A stretch of DNA of 62,516 bases from Coprobacillus sp. (GCA_021203815.1 JAJQAL010000022.1:1-62516); one strand, 5' to 3'. Shown: positions 28,501 to 39,113, counted from the first letter of the stretch. Notes: generated from the letters alone by a model not told the origin. Made by a program: numbers and translations.

Positions 28501-29503
28501 CATTCATGAGAATGACTTGAGGAGCGTTCATTTCAATGAGCTTTTTAAGACGATTGTTACGAGAAATGACCCTACGGTATAAATCATTTAGGTCACTAGT
28601 GGCAAATCTACCGCCGTCGAGTTGGAGCATTGGCCTTAAATCTGGGGGAATCACTGGAATAACATCGAGGATCATCCACTCTGGTTTATTCTTTGATTTC
28701 TTAAAGGCTTCAAGACACTCGAGTCTCTTAGTGAGTTTCTGCCTATTTTGAGCGGTGGCTTCTTTGCTCTTCTTTAGAACTTCTTCGAATTCCGCGTCGA
28801 CATCGACTTGCTCAAGGAGAGTCTTAATCGCTTCCGCGCCTTCTCCAAACTCCGCATCAGCGTGCTTTGAAAGGAAAGCCGCACAGTTTTGGAAGTCGAA
28901 GACTTCACCAGGATTACGGAGTTTCTCGATGAGGATTTCTCCCGCTTCATACTCTTCATCTTCAGGAAGAAGACCGAACTGAGCAGTGTCATCAAGGATT
29001 TCTTGAATCGCTGGGATAAAGGTTTCACGGCCGTTCTTCTCATTAATAATCTCTTTATAGAAGATACGAGAAGATTTTCCTGGATTAAGACAGATATGCG
29101 CGGCAAAGTAAACCACTTCTTCAAGCGCTTTAGGGGGGATCTCAAGCATGAGACCTATTCTTGAAGGAATACCTTTTAAATACCATATATGGCTACAAGG
29201 AGAGGCGAGTTCAATGTGGCCCATTCTCTCTCTTCTAACCTCTCTAGATGTCACTTCGACGCCGCAGACTTCACAGACTTTTCCGGCGTATCTAATCTTT
29301 TTATACTTCCCGCAGTGACACTCATAGTCCTTATTAGGACCAAAGATTTTTTCACAGTAAAGTCCATCGTCCTCTGGTTTTTGAGTACGGTAGTTAATAG
29401 TTTCTGGTTTAAGGACCTCACCATGTGACCAACTACGGATCACTTCAGGAGAGGCAAGGCTAACTGAGATAGCCGCAATTTTCTTACTAGTACTAGATGC
29501 CAT
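25586..29503 (-). CDS. rpoC: DNA-directed RNA polymerase subunit beta'
   Basis: 1305 aa with the catalytic NADFDGDQM motif and an N-terminal zinc-binding Cys cluster. Follows rpoB by 14 nt. Confidence 0.99.
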   Translation of the reverse strand: MASSTSKKIAAISVSLASPEVIRSWSHGEVLKPETINYRTQKPEDDGLYCEKIFGPNKDYECHCGKYKKIRYAGKVCEVCGVEVTSREVRRERMGHIELASPCSHIWYLKGIPSRIGLMLEIPPKALEEVVYFAAHICLNPGKSSRIFYKEIINEKNGRETFIPAIQEILDDTAQFGLLPEDEEYEAGEILIEKLRNPGEVFDFQNCAAFLSKHADAEFGEGAEAIKTLLEQVDVDAEFEEVLKKSKEATAQNRQKLTKRLECLEAFKKSKNKPEWMILDVIPVIPPDLRPMLQLDGGRFATSDLNDLYRRVISRNNRLKKLIEMNAPQVILMNEKRMLQESVDALIDNGRRNKPVQGPGGRALKSLSSALKGKQGRFRQNLLGKRVDYSGRSVIAVGPDLRMYECGIPREMAIQLLRPFIACELLKRGKATAHKQADKIIDRYEDCVYDVLEDIISKHPVLLNRAPTLHRLGIQAFQPKLVDGRAIRLHPLVCAGFNADFDGDQMAVHVPLSKEAQEEALDLMLASNNILGPKDGASIVTPSQDMVLGNYYLTSEISKEELLEKAKQLRAEGDTEQADLYELYAASEGKVFRNMDDVLLAYDTKQVHLQNRIAVLGKGVMKSCFTEEQNNSYLITTVGKVIFNRIFPSDFPYLNKVNSENLEGTPMEYFAPKGTNIPELIASRPTELPFRKKELGRIIDEIFQRYDRVGNPKTAAVLDKMKDQGFSFATTAGFTVSLADITVCKGKEKLIAEGDKKVDEIEQWYEAGFLTAEEKHNQAVAVWSDVVDKVRDVLTKQFSQDKRNPIYMMSDSGARGNISNIIQLAGMRGLMGNTSGGIIELPVKSCFREGLSVSEFFIATHGARKGGSDTALKTADSGYLTRRLVDVAQDVVVREVDCGTHQGFEVSDIVDTARNTVIVKLYDRLVGRYALDDIVNPKTGEVIVKGNTMIEEDTAKEIVNAGITSVKIRSLFGCETKDGVCVHCYGRCLATGREIKVGDAVGVMAAQSIGEPGTQLTLWNHRSGGVAAGSDITQGLPRVQELFEARTPKGMSTISQICGTVTKITEEGGHYVVTVKNDLEEKTYTTPFGAKLRVKEKDYVYNGSKITEGSISPKELLEVANVNSVENYIVKEIQKVYSAQSIAISDKHIEVIVRQMLNKVFIIDAGDTDLLSGTRVNVNQVTEENQKALTSGKRPAIFQPLVLGITKAALEVDSFLSAASFQETTKVLTDATIKGKTDHLHGLKENVITGRLIPAGRGLLTDEEEEDILDGFSVEKKMKEVRSSYIEEHDRKIAELRGKIYEASK

Positions 29504-29517
29504 GACTATTTACCTCC

Positions 29518-32500
29518 TTATTCCTCATACTCATCATTTTGAATGATAGTGCCGTTTTCATCCGTAAGCGGATTTAGACTATCGCTATCACCCACAATAG
29601 AACGTATGGATGCATTTACTTTACGCTCTTCTTTATCTTCTTCTCTTGCAAGAGCGTCCATATCGATGATCTCTCCATTCTCATCGAGTAGTTCGACATT
29701 AAGGGAGAGAGCCTGTAGCTCTTTAACGAGAACACGGAAGGCCTCAGGAATACCGGGCTTAGGAATCTCTTTGCCCTTAATAATGGCCTCGTATGTCTTA
29801 CGGCGTCCCACTCTATCATCACTCTTGATGGTGAGGAGTTCCTGTAAGATATGGGCAGCGCCGTAGGCTTCAAGAGCCCAAACTTCCATTTCTCCGAATC
29901 TCTGACCGCCGTTTTGGGCTTTACCACCAAGTGGCTGCTGAGTCACAAGAGAATATGGACCGGTTGCACGAGCGTGTAGTTTATCATCGACCATGTGGAC
30001 GAGTTTAATCATATACATAACGCCCACATTAATCTTTTCATCAAATCTCTCTCCGGTTCTTCCATCATATAGGACAGTCTTTCCGTCTTCACTCATGCCC
30101 GCTTCTTTCATAAGAGCGTACATTTCTTCATTAGTAATGCCGTCGAAGACAGGCGTGGCTATTTTATAGCCAAGTCTCTTTAAGGCAAGACCTAAGTGAG
30201 ACTCAAGAATCTGTCCGATATTCATTCTAGATGGAACACCGAGAGGGTTAAGCATAATATCAATAGGAGTGCCGTCAGGGAGGAAAGGCATATCATTTTC
30301 AGGGAGAATCTTAGAGATAACACCCTTATTACCATGACGGCCACTCATCTTATCGCCCTCGGAGATCTTTCTCTTCTGAACGATATAAACACGGACGACT
30401 TCGTTCACTCCAGGAGAGAGCTCGACGTCCTTATTTTTGCCTTCACGCTTCACGCGCTTCACATCGAGAACGATTCCAGCGCCTCCATGTGGCACACGGA
30501 GCGAGGCATCTTTTCCTTCGTTGGTCTTTTCTCCGAAGATTGCCATGAGGAGTTTTTCTTCAGGAGTGGGTTCACTGACACCTTTAGGTGTCACTTTACC
30601 AACGAGGATGTCGCCTTCTTTCACTTCACTACCGGGGATAATAACTCCATCTTTATCGAGATGGGCTTTAGCTTCGGCGCTGACATTTGGAATGTCCGCG
30701 GTGATCTCTTCATCCCCAAGTTTTGGGATAGAGCGGCATTCGAGTTCATATTTTTCAATATGTATTGAAGTATAGGTGTCATCTTTAACGAGTCTTTCAC
30801 TCATGATGACCGCATCTTCGTAGTTATATCCGTTCCAAGGCATAAAGGCGATAACCACGTTTTGCCCTAAAGCGAGATCACCATTGTCCATCGCTGGTCC
30901 ATCAGCGATAATATCACCTTTTTTAACGTGTTGACCTTTATGAACGATAGAACGCTGATTAATACAGGTTCCGTTATTTGATCTTTCAAACTTTTGAAGA
31001 GTGTAAGTAATAACTTCGTCTTCCTGTCCATCGACCTTAATTTTAATGATACGGGAGTCGGAATAGACGACCTCTCCGTCATAACCGCTGACAACGGCTA
31101 AACCGGAGTCACGGGCAATTTGGGATTCAATTCCGGTTCCAACGATTGGAGCAGATGGTTTTAAGAGAGGTAAAGCCTGCCTCTGCATATTCGCGCCCAT
31201 TAGAGCACGGCTTGAGTCATCGTTTTCAAGGAACGGGATACAGGCGGTAGCGACTGAAACAATCTGCTTTGGGCTTACATCGACGTAGTCGACTTTCTCT
31301 TTATCGACGATGACGTTTTCGCCGTTAAATCGAGCAACGACATGTTCATCAAGGATTTCGCCGTCTGGTCCAAAGTTAAGGTTAGCCTCAGCGATATATT
31401 TATCCTTTTCATCATCCGCGGATAAATAGTGAGAATTAGCCTCATCATTTAAGACTTTGACACTACTTCCGTCTTTAACAACGCTTCGATATGGAGTCTC
31501 AATGAATCCATATTTATTGATTCTAGCGTAGCTAGCAAGGTTATTAATAAGACCAATATTTTGTCCTTCTGGAGTCTCAATAGGGCAGATACGTCCATAG
31601 TGAGAGACGTGAACGTCTCTAACTTCACTACTCGCTCTATCTCGGGTAAGACCGCCAGGACCTAAAGCGGAGAGTCTTCTCTTATTAGTGAGCTCCGCTA
31701 AGGGGTTAGTCTGATCCATAAACTGAGAGAGCTGAGAGGAAGCAAAGAACTCACGAATAGACGCGGTAAGTGGTCGAGGGTTAATTAAAGCTTTTAGCTT
31801 TACATTACCTAAATCAGAGATAGACATCTTCTGCTGGACGGTTTTAACGGTTTTAGCTAGGCCCACTCTAAACTGGTTTTGAATGAGCTCACCAACGCAT
31901 CTAATTCTTCGATTACCTAAGTGATCGATATCGTCAGTGGTCCCGAGTCCATCGATAACGTTAAGGAAATAAGAGAATAAAGCCATAATATCGGAAACGG
32001 TAATGACTGAGGAATCAGAATTGAGGTCGGTTCCAATAACGTTAACGATATTATCTTTACTTTGTTTTTTATCATCTTTATAGACCTTAACGAGGTTGAT
32101 ATAGCTATACTCAACGTAGTCTGGGTCTTTTTCTTTACTGCTTGGGTAGAGATCTTTATTGACAGGCACTTTCAGAAGATGAGCGCCTTTTTCAAAGAAC
32201 TCTTCATCACGTAAAGCTTCGACTTCTTCACTAGTCATATAGTGACCGGTTTCGTAGCGGACTACACCATCGCTATCGATGAGATTCTCTGCGAGGATAT
32301 GGTCTTTAATTCTGTCATACGCTCCTAGTTTTTTTGCGTATTTAAACCTACCGGCTTTCCCAAGTGAATATCTTTTTGGATCCATAAACTTCTGATAGAG
32401 ATAGGAGTTATATCCATCAGAGGTAACCGGCTCACCCGGTTTCATCTTCTTAAAGATATCAATAAGGGCATCTCTACTATTTTTAATCTTATTCGAGTCA

Positions 32501-33240
32501 TCTTTAGCGAGGGTCTCGTTAAGATAGACGTTATTATGACCAAAATAGAAAAGAATTAAGTCATCGAGATAGGTATTCTGCTCTGGATGCTCCGCGGCTA
32601 AAACCTTAGCTTCTTTAGTTTCTGCTTTCTCGCTATAAAGAAGAGCTTTAAGAAGAACGGTCGCGCTCATCTTTCTCTGTCTATCCACACGGACGTAGAG
32701 AAGATTCTTATTGAGATCGGATTCAAACTGCATCCAGGTGCCTCTACCTGGAATAAGATCCGCGCCATATGTCTCTCTTCCATTATGGTTTTCTTTAGAG
32801 AGATAGGCGCCTGGAGAACGGACGAGCTGAGAAACGATAACACGCTCAGCTCCATTAATAACAAATGTTCCAGAGTTAGTCATTAAAGGGAAATCGCCCA
32901 TATAGACTTCACTCTCCTGAATCTCCCCGTTTTCATACTGAAGACGAAGGGTGACGTAAAGAGGAGCGGCGTATGTAAGGTCGTTTTCTTTACAGTCGAG
33001 GAAAGAGTGCTTAGGCTCACCTAGTCTTAGGCTTTCGTATTCGATTGAGGTTTTCCCATCATATGAAGTAATAGGAAAAGACTCCCTAAAGACTTCTTCT
33101 AGACCATTATCTTTAAGATCGTTATATGAACTTGTCTGGATTTCCACTAGATTGGGGAGAGGAAGATCTCCGCTGATACTAGAGTAATCATAACGATTAT
33201 TGTTTAACTGTTTTAAATCTTTAATGTTTCTTACTGACAT
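29518..33240 (-). CDS. rpoB: DNA-directed RNA polymerase subunit beta
   Basis: 1240 aa with conserved beta-subunit blocks (e.g. [21 protein letters not shown]). Confidence 0.99.
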   Translation of the reverse strand: MSVRNIKDLKQLNNNRYDYSSISGDLPLPNLVEIQTSSYNDLKDNGLEEVFRESFPITSYDGKTSIEYESLRLGEPKHSFLDCKENDLTYAAPLYVTLRLQYENGEIQESEVYMGDFPLMTNSGTFVINGAERVIVSQLVRSPGAYLSKENHNGRETYGADLIPGRGTWMQFESDLNKNLLYVRVDRQRKMSATVLLKALLYSEKAETKEAKVLAAEHPEQNTYLDDLILFYFGHNNVYLNETLAKDDSNKIKNSRDALIDIFKKMKPGEPVTSDGYNSYLYQKFMDPKRYSLGKAGRFKYAKKLGAYDRIKDHILAENLIDSDGVVRYETGHYMTSEEVEALRDEEFFEKGAHLLKVPVNKDLYPSSKEKDPDYVEYSYINLVKVYKDDKKQSKDNIVNVIGTDLNSDSSVITVSDIMALFSYFLNVIDGLGTTDDIDHLGNRRIRCVGELIQNQFRVGLAKTVKTVQQKMSISDLGNVKLKALINPRPLTASIREFFASSQLSQFMDQTNPLAELTNKRRLSALGPGGLTRDRASSEVRDVHVSHYGRICPIETPEGQNIGLINNLASYARINKYGFIETPYRSVVKDGSSVKVLNDEANSHYLSADDEKDKYIAEANLNFGPDGEILDEHVVARFNGENVIVDKEKVDYVDVSPKQIVSVATACIPFLENDDSSRALMGANMQRQALPLLKPSAPIVGTGIESQIARDSGLAVVSGYDGEVVYSDSRIIKIKVDGQEDEVITYTLQKFERSNNGTCINQRSIVHKGQHVKKGDIIADGPAMDNGDLALGQNVVIAFMPWNGYNYEDAVIMSERLVKDDTYTSIHIEKYELECRSIPKLGDEEITADIPNVSAEAKAHLDKDGVIIPGSEVKEGDILVGKVTPKGVSEPTPEEKLLMAIFGEKTNEGKDASLRVPHGGAGIVLDVKRVKREGKNKDVELSPGVNEVVRVYIVQKRKISEGDKMSGRHGNKGVISKILPENDMPFLPDGTPIDIMLNPLGVPSRMNIGQILESHLGLALKRLGYKIATPVFDGITNEEMYALMKEAGMSEDGKTVLYDGRTGERFDEKINVGVMYMIKLVHMVDDKLHARATGPYSLVTQQPLGGKAQNGGQRFGEMEVWALEAYGAAHILQELLTIKSDDRVGRRKTYEAIIKGKEIPKPGIPEAFRVLVKELQALSLNVELLDENGEIIDMDALAREEDKEERKVNASIRSIVGDSDSLNPLTDENGTIIQNDEYEE

Positions 33241-33338
33241 AATACGGCTCCTTTGTTAGATTTTTGTCTTCTCACTATCCTAGTGAGTAGGACCGCTTAG
33301 TGCAGATATACTATGTATATCAAAAATAGATATTAGCC

Positions 33339-33373
33339 CTTCTAGGGGGAAGCACCATCTTTCCCCCTAGAAG
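33339..33373 (-). promoter_or_regulatory. Perfect 13-bp hairpin in the rplL-rpoB spacer (attenuator or processing site candidate)
   Basis: CTTCTAGGGGGAA / TTCCCCCTAGAAG (33339-51 / 33361-73, 9-nt loop), starting 7 nt after the rplL stop. No immediate U-tract follows: the T run begins about 12 nt downstream. Confidence 0.6.
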
Positions 33374-33379
33374 CTAGGC

Positions 33380-33760
33380 TTACTTAATATCTACTTCCGC
33401 ACCAGCCTCAACAAGGGCTTTCTTATGTTCTTCAGCTTCTACTGGGGTGATGTGCTCTTTGACTGGGCAAGGAGCGCCATCGACGAGTTTTTTGGCATCC
33501 ATGAGGCCGAGACCAGTAATGGCCTGGACCGCTTTAATAACGGCCACCTTCTGAGCGCCAACGGATTTAAGGATAAGAGAGACTTCGGTTGGTCCAGCGG
33601 CAGCGGCTTCTTCTTCCTCGGCTGGAGCGGCCGCGCTGGCAATAGGTGCCGCAGCGGTAACACCGAATTCCTCTTCAACGAGTTTCACGAGATCATTGAG
33701 TTCGAGAACTGTGAACTCTTTTAAAGAGGCCACAATTTCTTCTTTTGTTAGTTTAGCCAT
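33380..33760 (-). CDS. rplL: 50S ribosomal protein L7/L12
   Basis: 126 aa with an Ala/Glu-rich hinge and a conserved C-terminal domain ([24 protein letters not shown]). Confidence 0.98.
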   Translation of the reverse strand: MAKLTKEEIVASLKEFTVLELNDLVKLVEEEFGVTAAAPIASAAAPAEEEEAAAAGPTEVSLILKSVGAQKVAVIKAVQAITGLGLMDAKKLVDGAPCPVKEHITPVEAEEHKKALVEAGAEVDIK

Positions 33761-33778
33761 TTCTATTTTCCTCCTATG

Positions 33779-34270
33779 TTAATTGGCTTTAGATTCGCCC
33801 ACCGCTTTAACAGCGACAGCGAATGAACGGATAGGTGCCTCAAGGCACGATAGTAACATTGAAATAAGTGAATCTTTACTGGATAGCTTAGAGAGTTCTT
33901 TTACTGTCGCCGCATCGCAGAGCTGACCTTCAACAATCGCTCCTTTGATGTGGAGGGCGGCGTTATATCTCCTCGCATACTTACTGATAATCTTCATTCC
34001 GGTAAACTCATCTTCAGAGAAGATAAAGGAATTAGGACCAGTGAGTAATGACTTATCAGTGTAACCGAGTTCATCAAAGGCTCGTTCCACTAATGAGTTT
34101 TTGTAGATTGAGAGAGAAGCGTTTTCTTTCGCAAGGGCTCTTCGTATCTCTTGCAATTGGGCCACAGTAAGTCCGCGGTATTCCGCAATAAGAATGGTCT
34201 TATTGGACTTAGCTTTCTCCACAATCTCACTAACAACATCTTTTTTGGCTTGTAAGATGTCTTGGTTCAT
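33779..34270 (-). CDS. rplJ: 50S ribosomal protein L10
   Basis: Start moved to ATG 34270 (MNQDILQAKK...), which is preceded by AAGGAGG. The ORF-track start at 34348 is an in-frame upstream extension. Confidence 0.93.
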   Translation of the reverse strand: MNQDILQAKKDVVSEIVEKAKSNKTILIAEYRGLTVAQLQEIRRALAKENASLSIYKNSLVERAFDELGYTDKSLLTGPNSFIFSEDEFTGMKIISKYARRYNAALHIKGAIVEGQLCDAATVKELSKLSSKDSLISMLLSCLEAPIRSFAVAVKAVGESKAN

Positions 34271-34410
34271 GCTAGATATGACCTCCTTTAAATTATTTGA
34301 ATTTATTGGATTCAATATACACTTTATTGACGTATGCCTCCGCAACATGATTAAGACAAAGTGTCCGTTGCTCTCTTAGGTATATTGAAATCGTAAGAGC
34401 GACCAATTAG
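34271..34410 (-). ncRNA. Structured leader upstream of rplJ (candidate L10 leader autoregulatory element)
   Basis: A long-range 8-bp helix CAATATAC/GTATATTG (34313-20 / 34380-87) encloses the nested helices GCAAC/GTTGC and GACA/TGTC. The location between rplA and rplJ matches the L10-leader position in Bacillota. Motif identity was not verified. Confidence 0.4.
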
Positions 34411-35085
34411 TTACGCTTGGAACTTAATCGCTGGACCCATGGTCGTGTGAATCACAGCGTTTTTAATAAAGGTACCCTTAACCGCCGCTGGTCTTGCTTT
34501 ATATAAAGCGTCTAAGACAGCGTGCACGTTATCCTCAATATCTGAGGCGGGGAAGGAAACACGGGCGAGAGAGATATGCATATTGCCGGTACGATCCACT
34601 CTATATTCAATACGTCCGCCTTTGATTTCGGTTATCGCTCTTCCAATATCCTGAGAGACGGTTCCCGTCTTGGGGTTAGGCATAAGTCCCTTAGGACCAA
34701 GGAGTCGGCCTAATTTACCAAGTTCACCCATCATGTTAGGAGTGGCGACGATAACATCGTAATCAAACCAGTTTTCCTTTTGGATTTTTTCAAGCATCTC
34801 ACTACCACCGACATAGTCCGCTCCGGCTTGAGTGGCTTCCTCTACCCTGTCGGTAATGGCAAGTACTTTCTTGGTTTTTCCGTTTCCATGCGGTAAGGTA
34901 AGCGTTCCTCTAATTTGCTGATCCGCTTGCTTAGGATCAACGTTTAGGTTAAACGAGACATCCACTGTGGCATCAAATTTCTCTTTTGATGTCTGTTTAA
35001 CAAGCTCACAGGCCTCACTAACGGAATAGATTTTGCCTTTTTCGATTAAGGCTTGGCTAGTTTTGTAGTTTTTACTTCTCTTCAT
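34411..35085 (-). CDS. rplA: 50S ribosomal protein L1
   Basis: 224 aa, typical L1 (FDATVDVSFNLNVDPKQADQQIRG). Confidence 0.98.
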   Translation of the reverse strand: MKRSKNYKTSQALIEKGKIYSVSEACELVKQTSKEKFDATVDVSFNLNVDPKQADQQIRGTLTLPHGNGKTKKVLAITDRVEEATQAGADYVGGSEMLEKIQKENWFDYDVIVATPNMMGELGKLGRLLGPKGLMPNPKTGTVSQDIGRAITEIKGGRIEYRVDRTGNMHISLARVSFPASDIEDNVHAVLDALYKARPAAVKGTFIKNAVIHTTMGPAIKFQA

Positions 35086-35096
35086 ACACTAGCCTC

Positions 35097-35510
35097 CTAG
35101 TCTTTAATGGTAATGCCCATCTGTTTGGCAGTACCCTCAATGACTTTCATAGCCGCTTCAACATCATTACAGTTGAGGTCAGGCATTTTGTACTCAGCAA
35201 TTTCTCTAAGTTGAGCAGTCGTAATAGAGCCAACTTTAGTGGTCTTAGTATTCGCTGAGCCTTTCTTAATTCCAGCCGCCTTAAGAAGTAGGGGCGCTAC
35301 TGGAGTGGTTTTTACCTCGAAGTCATAAGATTTGTCTTCGTAGGCGGTAATTAGAACTGGAACGATTTCTCCTCTTCGGTCAGCGGTTTTTGCGTTGAAG
35401 TCAGTACAGAACTTGGCCATATTGATGCCTGCAGAGGCAAGTTTTGGTCCTGGTTTAGCTTCCCCACCATCGAGTTCGAGTTTAATCACCTTAGCGATCT
35501 TTTTACTCAC
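35097..35510 (-). CDS. rplK: 50S ribosomal protein L11
   Basis: 137 aa, typical L11 (KPGPKLASAGINMAKFC). GTG start preceded by AAGGAGG. Confidence 0.97.
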   Translation of the reverse strand: MSKKIAKVIKLELDGGEAKPGPKLASAGINMAKFCTDFNAKTADRRGEIVPVLITAYEDKSYDFEVKTTPVAPLLLKAAGIKKGSANTKTTKVGSITTAQLREIAEYKMPDLNCNDVEAAMKVIEGTAKQMGITIKD

Positions 35511-35788
35511 GTGACGATTCCTCCTTTTATTTAGACTTAGTCGCGTTTAGTGGTAAATGAGTGAAAATCGACACTCTCCCACTTATGTATACGCACATGT
35601 ATATGTGCATACAGCATGCAAGAAGTAGACTATCAAATATTACATATTTGGTCAAGAAATATTTTCAAATTGTCAAATATTTTATTACTTTGTAATAAAA
35701 AAATATTTTTGATACCACTAATATCAATTTTACTTGAAAGTAAATATCAAAATGACAATGATATTTATCGGCAATTAGAGGGTCTAAC

Positions 35789-35797
35789 TGATACAAT
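35789..35797 (+). promoter_or_regulatory. Candidate extended -10 promoter (TGATACAAT) 8 nt upstream of the ktrB ATG
   Basis: TG-n-TACAAT at 35789-97. No SD lies between it and ATG 35806, which would give a leaderless or near-leaderless mRNA. Confidence 0.3.
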
Positions 35798-35805
35798 GCC
35801 TATAT

Positions 35806-37239
35806 ATGGCCGAAGCAAAAAAACAAAGAAACAGAAATAAAAGCGTTATATCGCCTTACTTACTCGTCATCCTTTCCTTCGTCGCGATAATTTTTATCGG
35901 GGCGGTTTTACTATACACCCCTCCATTTAGAAATAGTGGAGAATGGGGCGATAGCTTTTTGGATGATCTTTTCACCGCGGTCAGTGCGACATGCGTGACT
36001 GGACTCTTCTCCTATGAAGAAGGGGTGATAGGTGTCTATAACTTCTGGGGGCAACTCGTCGTCCTCATCATGATTGAAGTCGGCGGTATTTCTTTTATTA
36101 CAATCTTAACCTTCGTTGTTACCCTATTTAGAAGGAGAATGCAGACCAAAAATAGATATCTCTTATCCCAGGCGGTTCAGGCTAATAGCATGGGGGCGAT
36201 GGTTAGGACGGTTCGTGATATTGTCGTTATCTCGCTCGTTATCGAAACGATTGGAGCCTTCCTTCTTTTCCCCGTCTTTTACCTGATGTTCCCTGGAGAT
36301 ACAAGTCAGGCGATATGGACCTCTATATTCCAGTCAGTTTCCTCATTCTGTAACGCGGGATTTGATATATTAGGCACCACTTCATATATTAGGGGAGCGG
36401 GCAATGAATTAATCGATAACCTTGCAAATTGGGCATATATCTATATGCAGTTTATTACTATGTTCTTAGTGGTAATTGGTGGTGTTTCCTTCCTCGTTTT
36501 AACCGATCTATTTACCTTTAAGAAAACGAGAAGAAGAAATAGAGTTTTAAATAAAATTATTATCTGCACAAGTGGAGTTTTACTCGCAGGTGGATTCGCT
36601 ATCTTCCTTCTTACAGACTGCCTAGGCGGGAACATGACAGTACTTCAGTGTCTCTTCCAATCCGTCACATGTAGGACCGCGGGATTTGCAACCTACAATC
36701 AAGCCGACCTTACAATGTCAGGAAGGGTAATTTCCTGTATCCTGATGTTCATTGGTGGATCCCCATTAAGCACCGCAGGCGGGATTAAAGTCACCACTGT
36801 CTACTTAATAGCGTTAGCGATAGTAAGAACGCTTCAAGGTAAAAAAATTGAATCATTTAACCGTAAATACTCGGAAAGAAGTGTTATTAGAGCAATGATG
36901 CTCATTGTTCTCGCTATCGTTATCATCGTGATTGCTTTTGTCCTTATGGATTCATTTGAAAGGGCCGCAAGCGGAATATCTCCTGAAACCGCTGGAGAAA
37001 TAGAAGATGAGGTATCTTCTTCAAATATTCTATTTGAAGTATTCTCCGCTTTTGGAACATGCGGACTCTCTACTGGTATCACTCCAAATCTAACAGCGGG
37101 GAGCAAGATAACCCTATGCGTAGTTATGTTCTTAGGCCGAATTGGACCGGTTACTATCTTCCAGGTCTTTAATAAGGATGTTAATAAACAGGAAGACTCA
37201 CATTACGACGTAGTTGAAGCCGATATTTTAATCGGCTAA
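35806..37239 (+). CDS. ktrB: Potassium uptake protein, TrkH/KtrB family membrane subunit
   Basis: 477 aa, polytopic. Four pore-loop-like motifs (CVTGL, FCNAGFD, TCRTAGF, FGTCGLSTG). Followed by the RCK subunit gene. Confidence 0.9.
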   Translation: MAEAKKQRNRNKSVISPYLLVILSFVAIIFIGAVLLYTPPFRNSGEWGDSFLDDLFTAVSATCVTGLFSYEEGVIGVYNFWGQLVVLIMIEVGGISFITILTFVVTLFRRRMQTKNRYLLSQAVQANSMGAMVRTVRDIVVISLVIETIGAFLLFPVFYLMFPGDTSQAIWTSIFQSVSSFCNAGFDILGTTSYIRGAGNELIDNLANWAYIYMQFITMFLVVIGGVSFLVLTDLFTFKKTRRRNRVLNKIIICTSGVLLAGGFAIFLLTDCLGGNMTVLQCLFQSVTCRTAGFATYNQADLTMSGRVISCILMFIGGSPLSTAGGIKVTTVYLIALAIVRTLQGKKIESFNRKYSERSVIRAMMLIVLAIVIIVIAFVLMDSFERAASGISPETAGEIEDEVSSSNILFEVFSAFGTCGLSTGITPNLTAGSKITLCVVMFLGRIGPVTIFQVFNKDVNKQEDSHYDVVEADILIG

Positions 37240-37259
37240 TATATAGGAGGTAATTAAAA

Positions 37260-37952
37260 ATGCCTAAAAAGAAATCATTTGCAGTTATTGGACTAGGTGA
37301 GTTTGGTCATTCCCTCGCGGAAGAGCTCACTAATTTAGGAATGGATGTTATCGCTATCGATAGCGAAAGCGAGAATGTTGAGAGAATCGCTCCTATCCTT
37401 GATACCGCTTTCGTCGCTAACTTTACCGACGAAAAGGGATTAAAAGAACTTGGAATCGATGAAGTAGACACCGCGATTGTGGCCTTCGGTGGTAATATCG
37501 AGCAAACCATAGTGACAACAATTATCCTCAGCGAATTTAAGATTAAGCATATTATTGTGCGTGTGGATGATGATCACTATATTCCTATTTTAAGAAAAGT
37601 AGGCGCGACTGAAGTCGTTTCTCCGCAGAGAAGCGCGGGTATTGACCTCGCAAATAGACTTGGTCATGATGACTATAAAGACTACTATAAACTCGACTCA
37701 AAATACTCGGTTGTGTCTATTGAGGTAAATCCCGGATTTGTTCCAATGCCCATTAGAAATCTCGATACGAAAAATAAATACGGTGTCTCTCTTGTCCTTA
37801 TTATTAGAAACGGAAAATCATTTGTTCCAGGAGGTAATGACACCCTTCTCCCAGATGATATAATCTATATCGTGGGCTCAAGTAAAGACGTAAGAGATTT
37901 CGGTGAATTCCTTAACGGAAAACATCATAAAAAACAGACGGAAGAAGAATAA
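37260..37952 (+). CDS. ktrA: Potassium uptake protein, TrkA/KtrA family RCK (NAD-binding) subunit
   Basis: Rossmann GLGEFGHSLA, with TrkA-N plus TrkA-C architecture. SD AGGAGG upstream. Confidence 0.9.
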   Translation: MPKKKSFAVIGLGEFGHSLAEELTNLGMDVIAIDSESENVERIAPILDTAFVANFTDEKGLKELGIDEVDTAIVAFGGNIEQTIVTTIILSEFKIKHIIVRVDDDHYIPILRKVGATEVVSPQRSAGIDLANRLGHDDYKDYYKLDSKYSVVSIEVNPGFVPMPIRNLDTKNKYGVSLVLIIRNGKSFVPGGNDTLLPDDIIYIVGSSKDVRDFGEFLNGKHHKKQTEEE

Positions 37953-37971
37953 AAATCTCGGTCATTAAAAT

Positions 37972-38002
37972 AAAAAGAGAGGCAAAGCGCCTCTCTTTTT
38001 TA
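37972..38002. terminator. Bidirectional intrinsic terminator (ktrA / nusG)
   Basis: AAAAAGAGAGGC-AAAGC-GCCTCTCTTTTTT: an 8-bp stem at 37976-83 / 37989-96 with flanking A and T tracts. Confidence 0.8.
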
Positions 38003-38017
38003 TTAATTTAATATGAA

Positions 38018-38689
38018 TTATTCTTTTTCAATTTCCGCAAAAGAGACAGTGGCCACAGTGGCTCTACCAAAGAAATAAATCTGGACTTCAACTTGAGAAG
38101 TTTCCTTATCAATAGAGAGGATTTCTCCTTCGGTATTCTCAAATGGACCGCCGATAATTTTGACGGTATCACCGACTTTATAGAAGTCGAACATCGAGTC
38201 ATCGATGATGCCCATTCTCTTAAGAACTGGTTCCATCTGCTCACGAGGAACTGGGAATGGTTTCGTTCCTTTACCACTACTACCAACGAAGCCGGTCACT
38301 CCTGGGGTGTTACGGATGATATACCAGGTTCTATCGGTCATAATCATTTCCACAAAGATATATGAAGGATAGAGATTTTTCATTTTGGTTTTACCGGTGG
38401 GTTGTCCGTTTTTCATCACGGGAACAGGAACTTCACCAACGAAGGTACGGAAAAGTAAATCACCAGCGCCCATGGAATTCATTCTCTTGATGATATTCTC
38501 TCTCACTTTCGCTTCGTGAGTGGAGTAAGCGGTCACCACAAACCAAGCCTTTTCACCAACGACTTGGGAAGGACCTTTTCCGAGTGATTCATCAGTAGAT
38601 GAATCAGTAACGGTTAAAAGATCAGGATTGATATCCTTTCCTTCAAGTGACTCTTCACCAGTAGTATTAAGTTTTTCTTCTTCTAGCAT
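38018..38689 (-). CDS. nusG: Transcription termination/antitermination factor NusG with a ~45-aa acidic/Ser-rich N-terminal extension
   Basis: NGN domain (AWFVVTAYSTHEAKV) and KOW domain (FKVGDTVKIIGGPFENTEGEI). Follows secE. Confidence 0.96.
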   Translation of the reverse strand: MLEEEKLNTTGEESLEGKDINPDLLTVTDSSTDESLGKGPSQVVGEKAWFVVTAYSTHEAKVRENIIKRMNSMGAGDLLFRTFVGEVPVPVMKNGQPTGKTKMKNLYPSYIFVEMIMTDRTWYIIRNTPGVTGFVGSSGKGTKPFPVPREQMEPVLKRMGIIDDSMFDFYKVGDTVKIIGGPFENTEGEILSIDKETSQVEVQIYFFGRATVATVSFAEIEKE

Positions 38690-38700
38690 ACTAGTTTCCT

Positions 38701-38949
38701 TTAGATAACTTCAGCGACATCCTCAGCGACTTCTTCAACCGCTTCTGCGGCATTTTCAAAGACACTGAAGGAACTATCAATAGCTTGTAGGAGGGTATTA
38801 CCAAGCCAATCCTCGAAGAATAAGACAAGGGAAGCAATGACAATAATGATAATAACAACGATAAGAGTGGGCACTAAAACATCACGTTTTGGCCAACGTA
38901 CTCTTCTTCCTTCTTTAACCACGCCTTGAGCGTAACTTTTAACTCCCAT
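38701..38949 (-). CDS. secE: Preprotein translocase subunit SecE with an acidic C-terminal tail
   Basis: 82 aa, single TM helix, typical RVRWPKRD motif preceding the helix. SD AGGAGG. Lies between rpmG and nusG. Confidence 0.9.
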   Translation of the reverse strand: MGVKSYAQGVVKEGRRVRWPKRDVLVPTLIVVIIIIVIASLVLFFEDWLGNTLLQAIDSSFSVFENAAEAVEEVAEDVAEVI

Positions 38950-38966
38950 GTTAATCCTCCTATTCC

Positions 38967-39113
38967 TTACTTACTGATTTTATGAACAGTATGTTTTTTA
39001 CATACTGGACAGTACTTATTAAATGTAAGGTTCTTCTGCTTTGATAAATCGATTTCGGTGGTATAGTTTCTTGAGAGGCATTCAGAGCAAACCAAAATAA
39101 CTTTTTCTCTCAT
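38967..39113 (-). CDS. rpmG: 50S ribosomal protein L33
   Basis: 48 aa from ATG 39113 ([12 protein letters not shown]...[11 protein letters not shown]), with a CxxC...CxxC zinc ribbon and GGAGG upstream. The ORF-track start at 39173 is an upstream extension. Confidence 0.92.
   Translation of the reverse strand: MREKVILVCSECLSRNYTTEIDLSKQKNLTFNKYCPVCKKHTVHKISK

Noticed and set aside
35511-35805. A c-di-AMP (ydaO) riboswitch upstream of ktrB, and an L1-binding leader upstream of rplK (interrupted stem GTGG-GAGTG...CACTC-CCAC at 35550-82; palindrome GCACAT-GTAT-ATGTGC at ~35592-607).
   Set aside because: No conserved riboswitch core sequences are visible in this AT-rich spacer. The rplK-proximal stems are short (4+5 bp, 6 bp), and I cannot tie them to a known consensus without a covariance model.
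35616-35840. A 74-aa ORF in the rplK-ktrB spacer that overlaps the ktrB start.
   Set aside because: It lies in an AT-rich promoter region, has no SD and no recognisable protein features, and overlaps the well-supported ktrB start.
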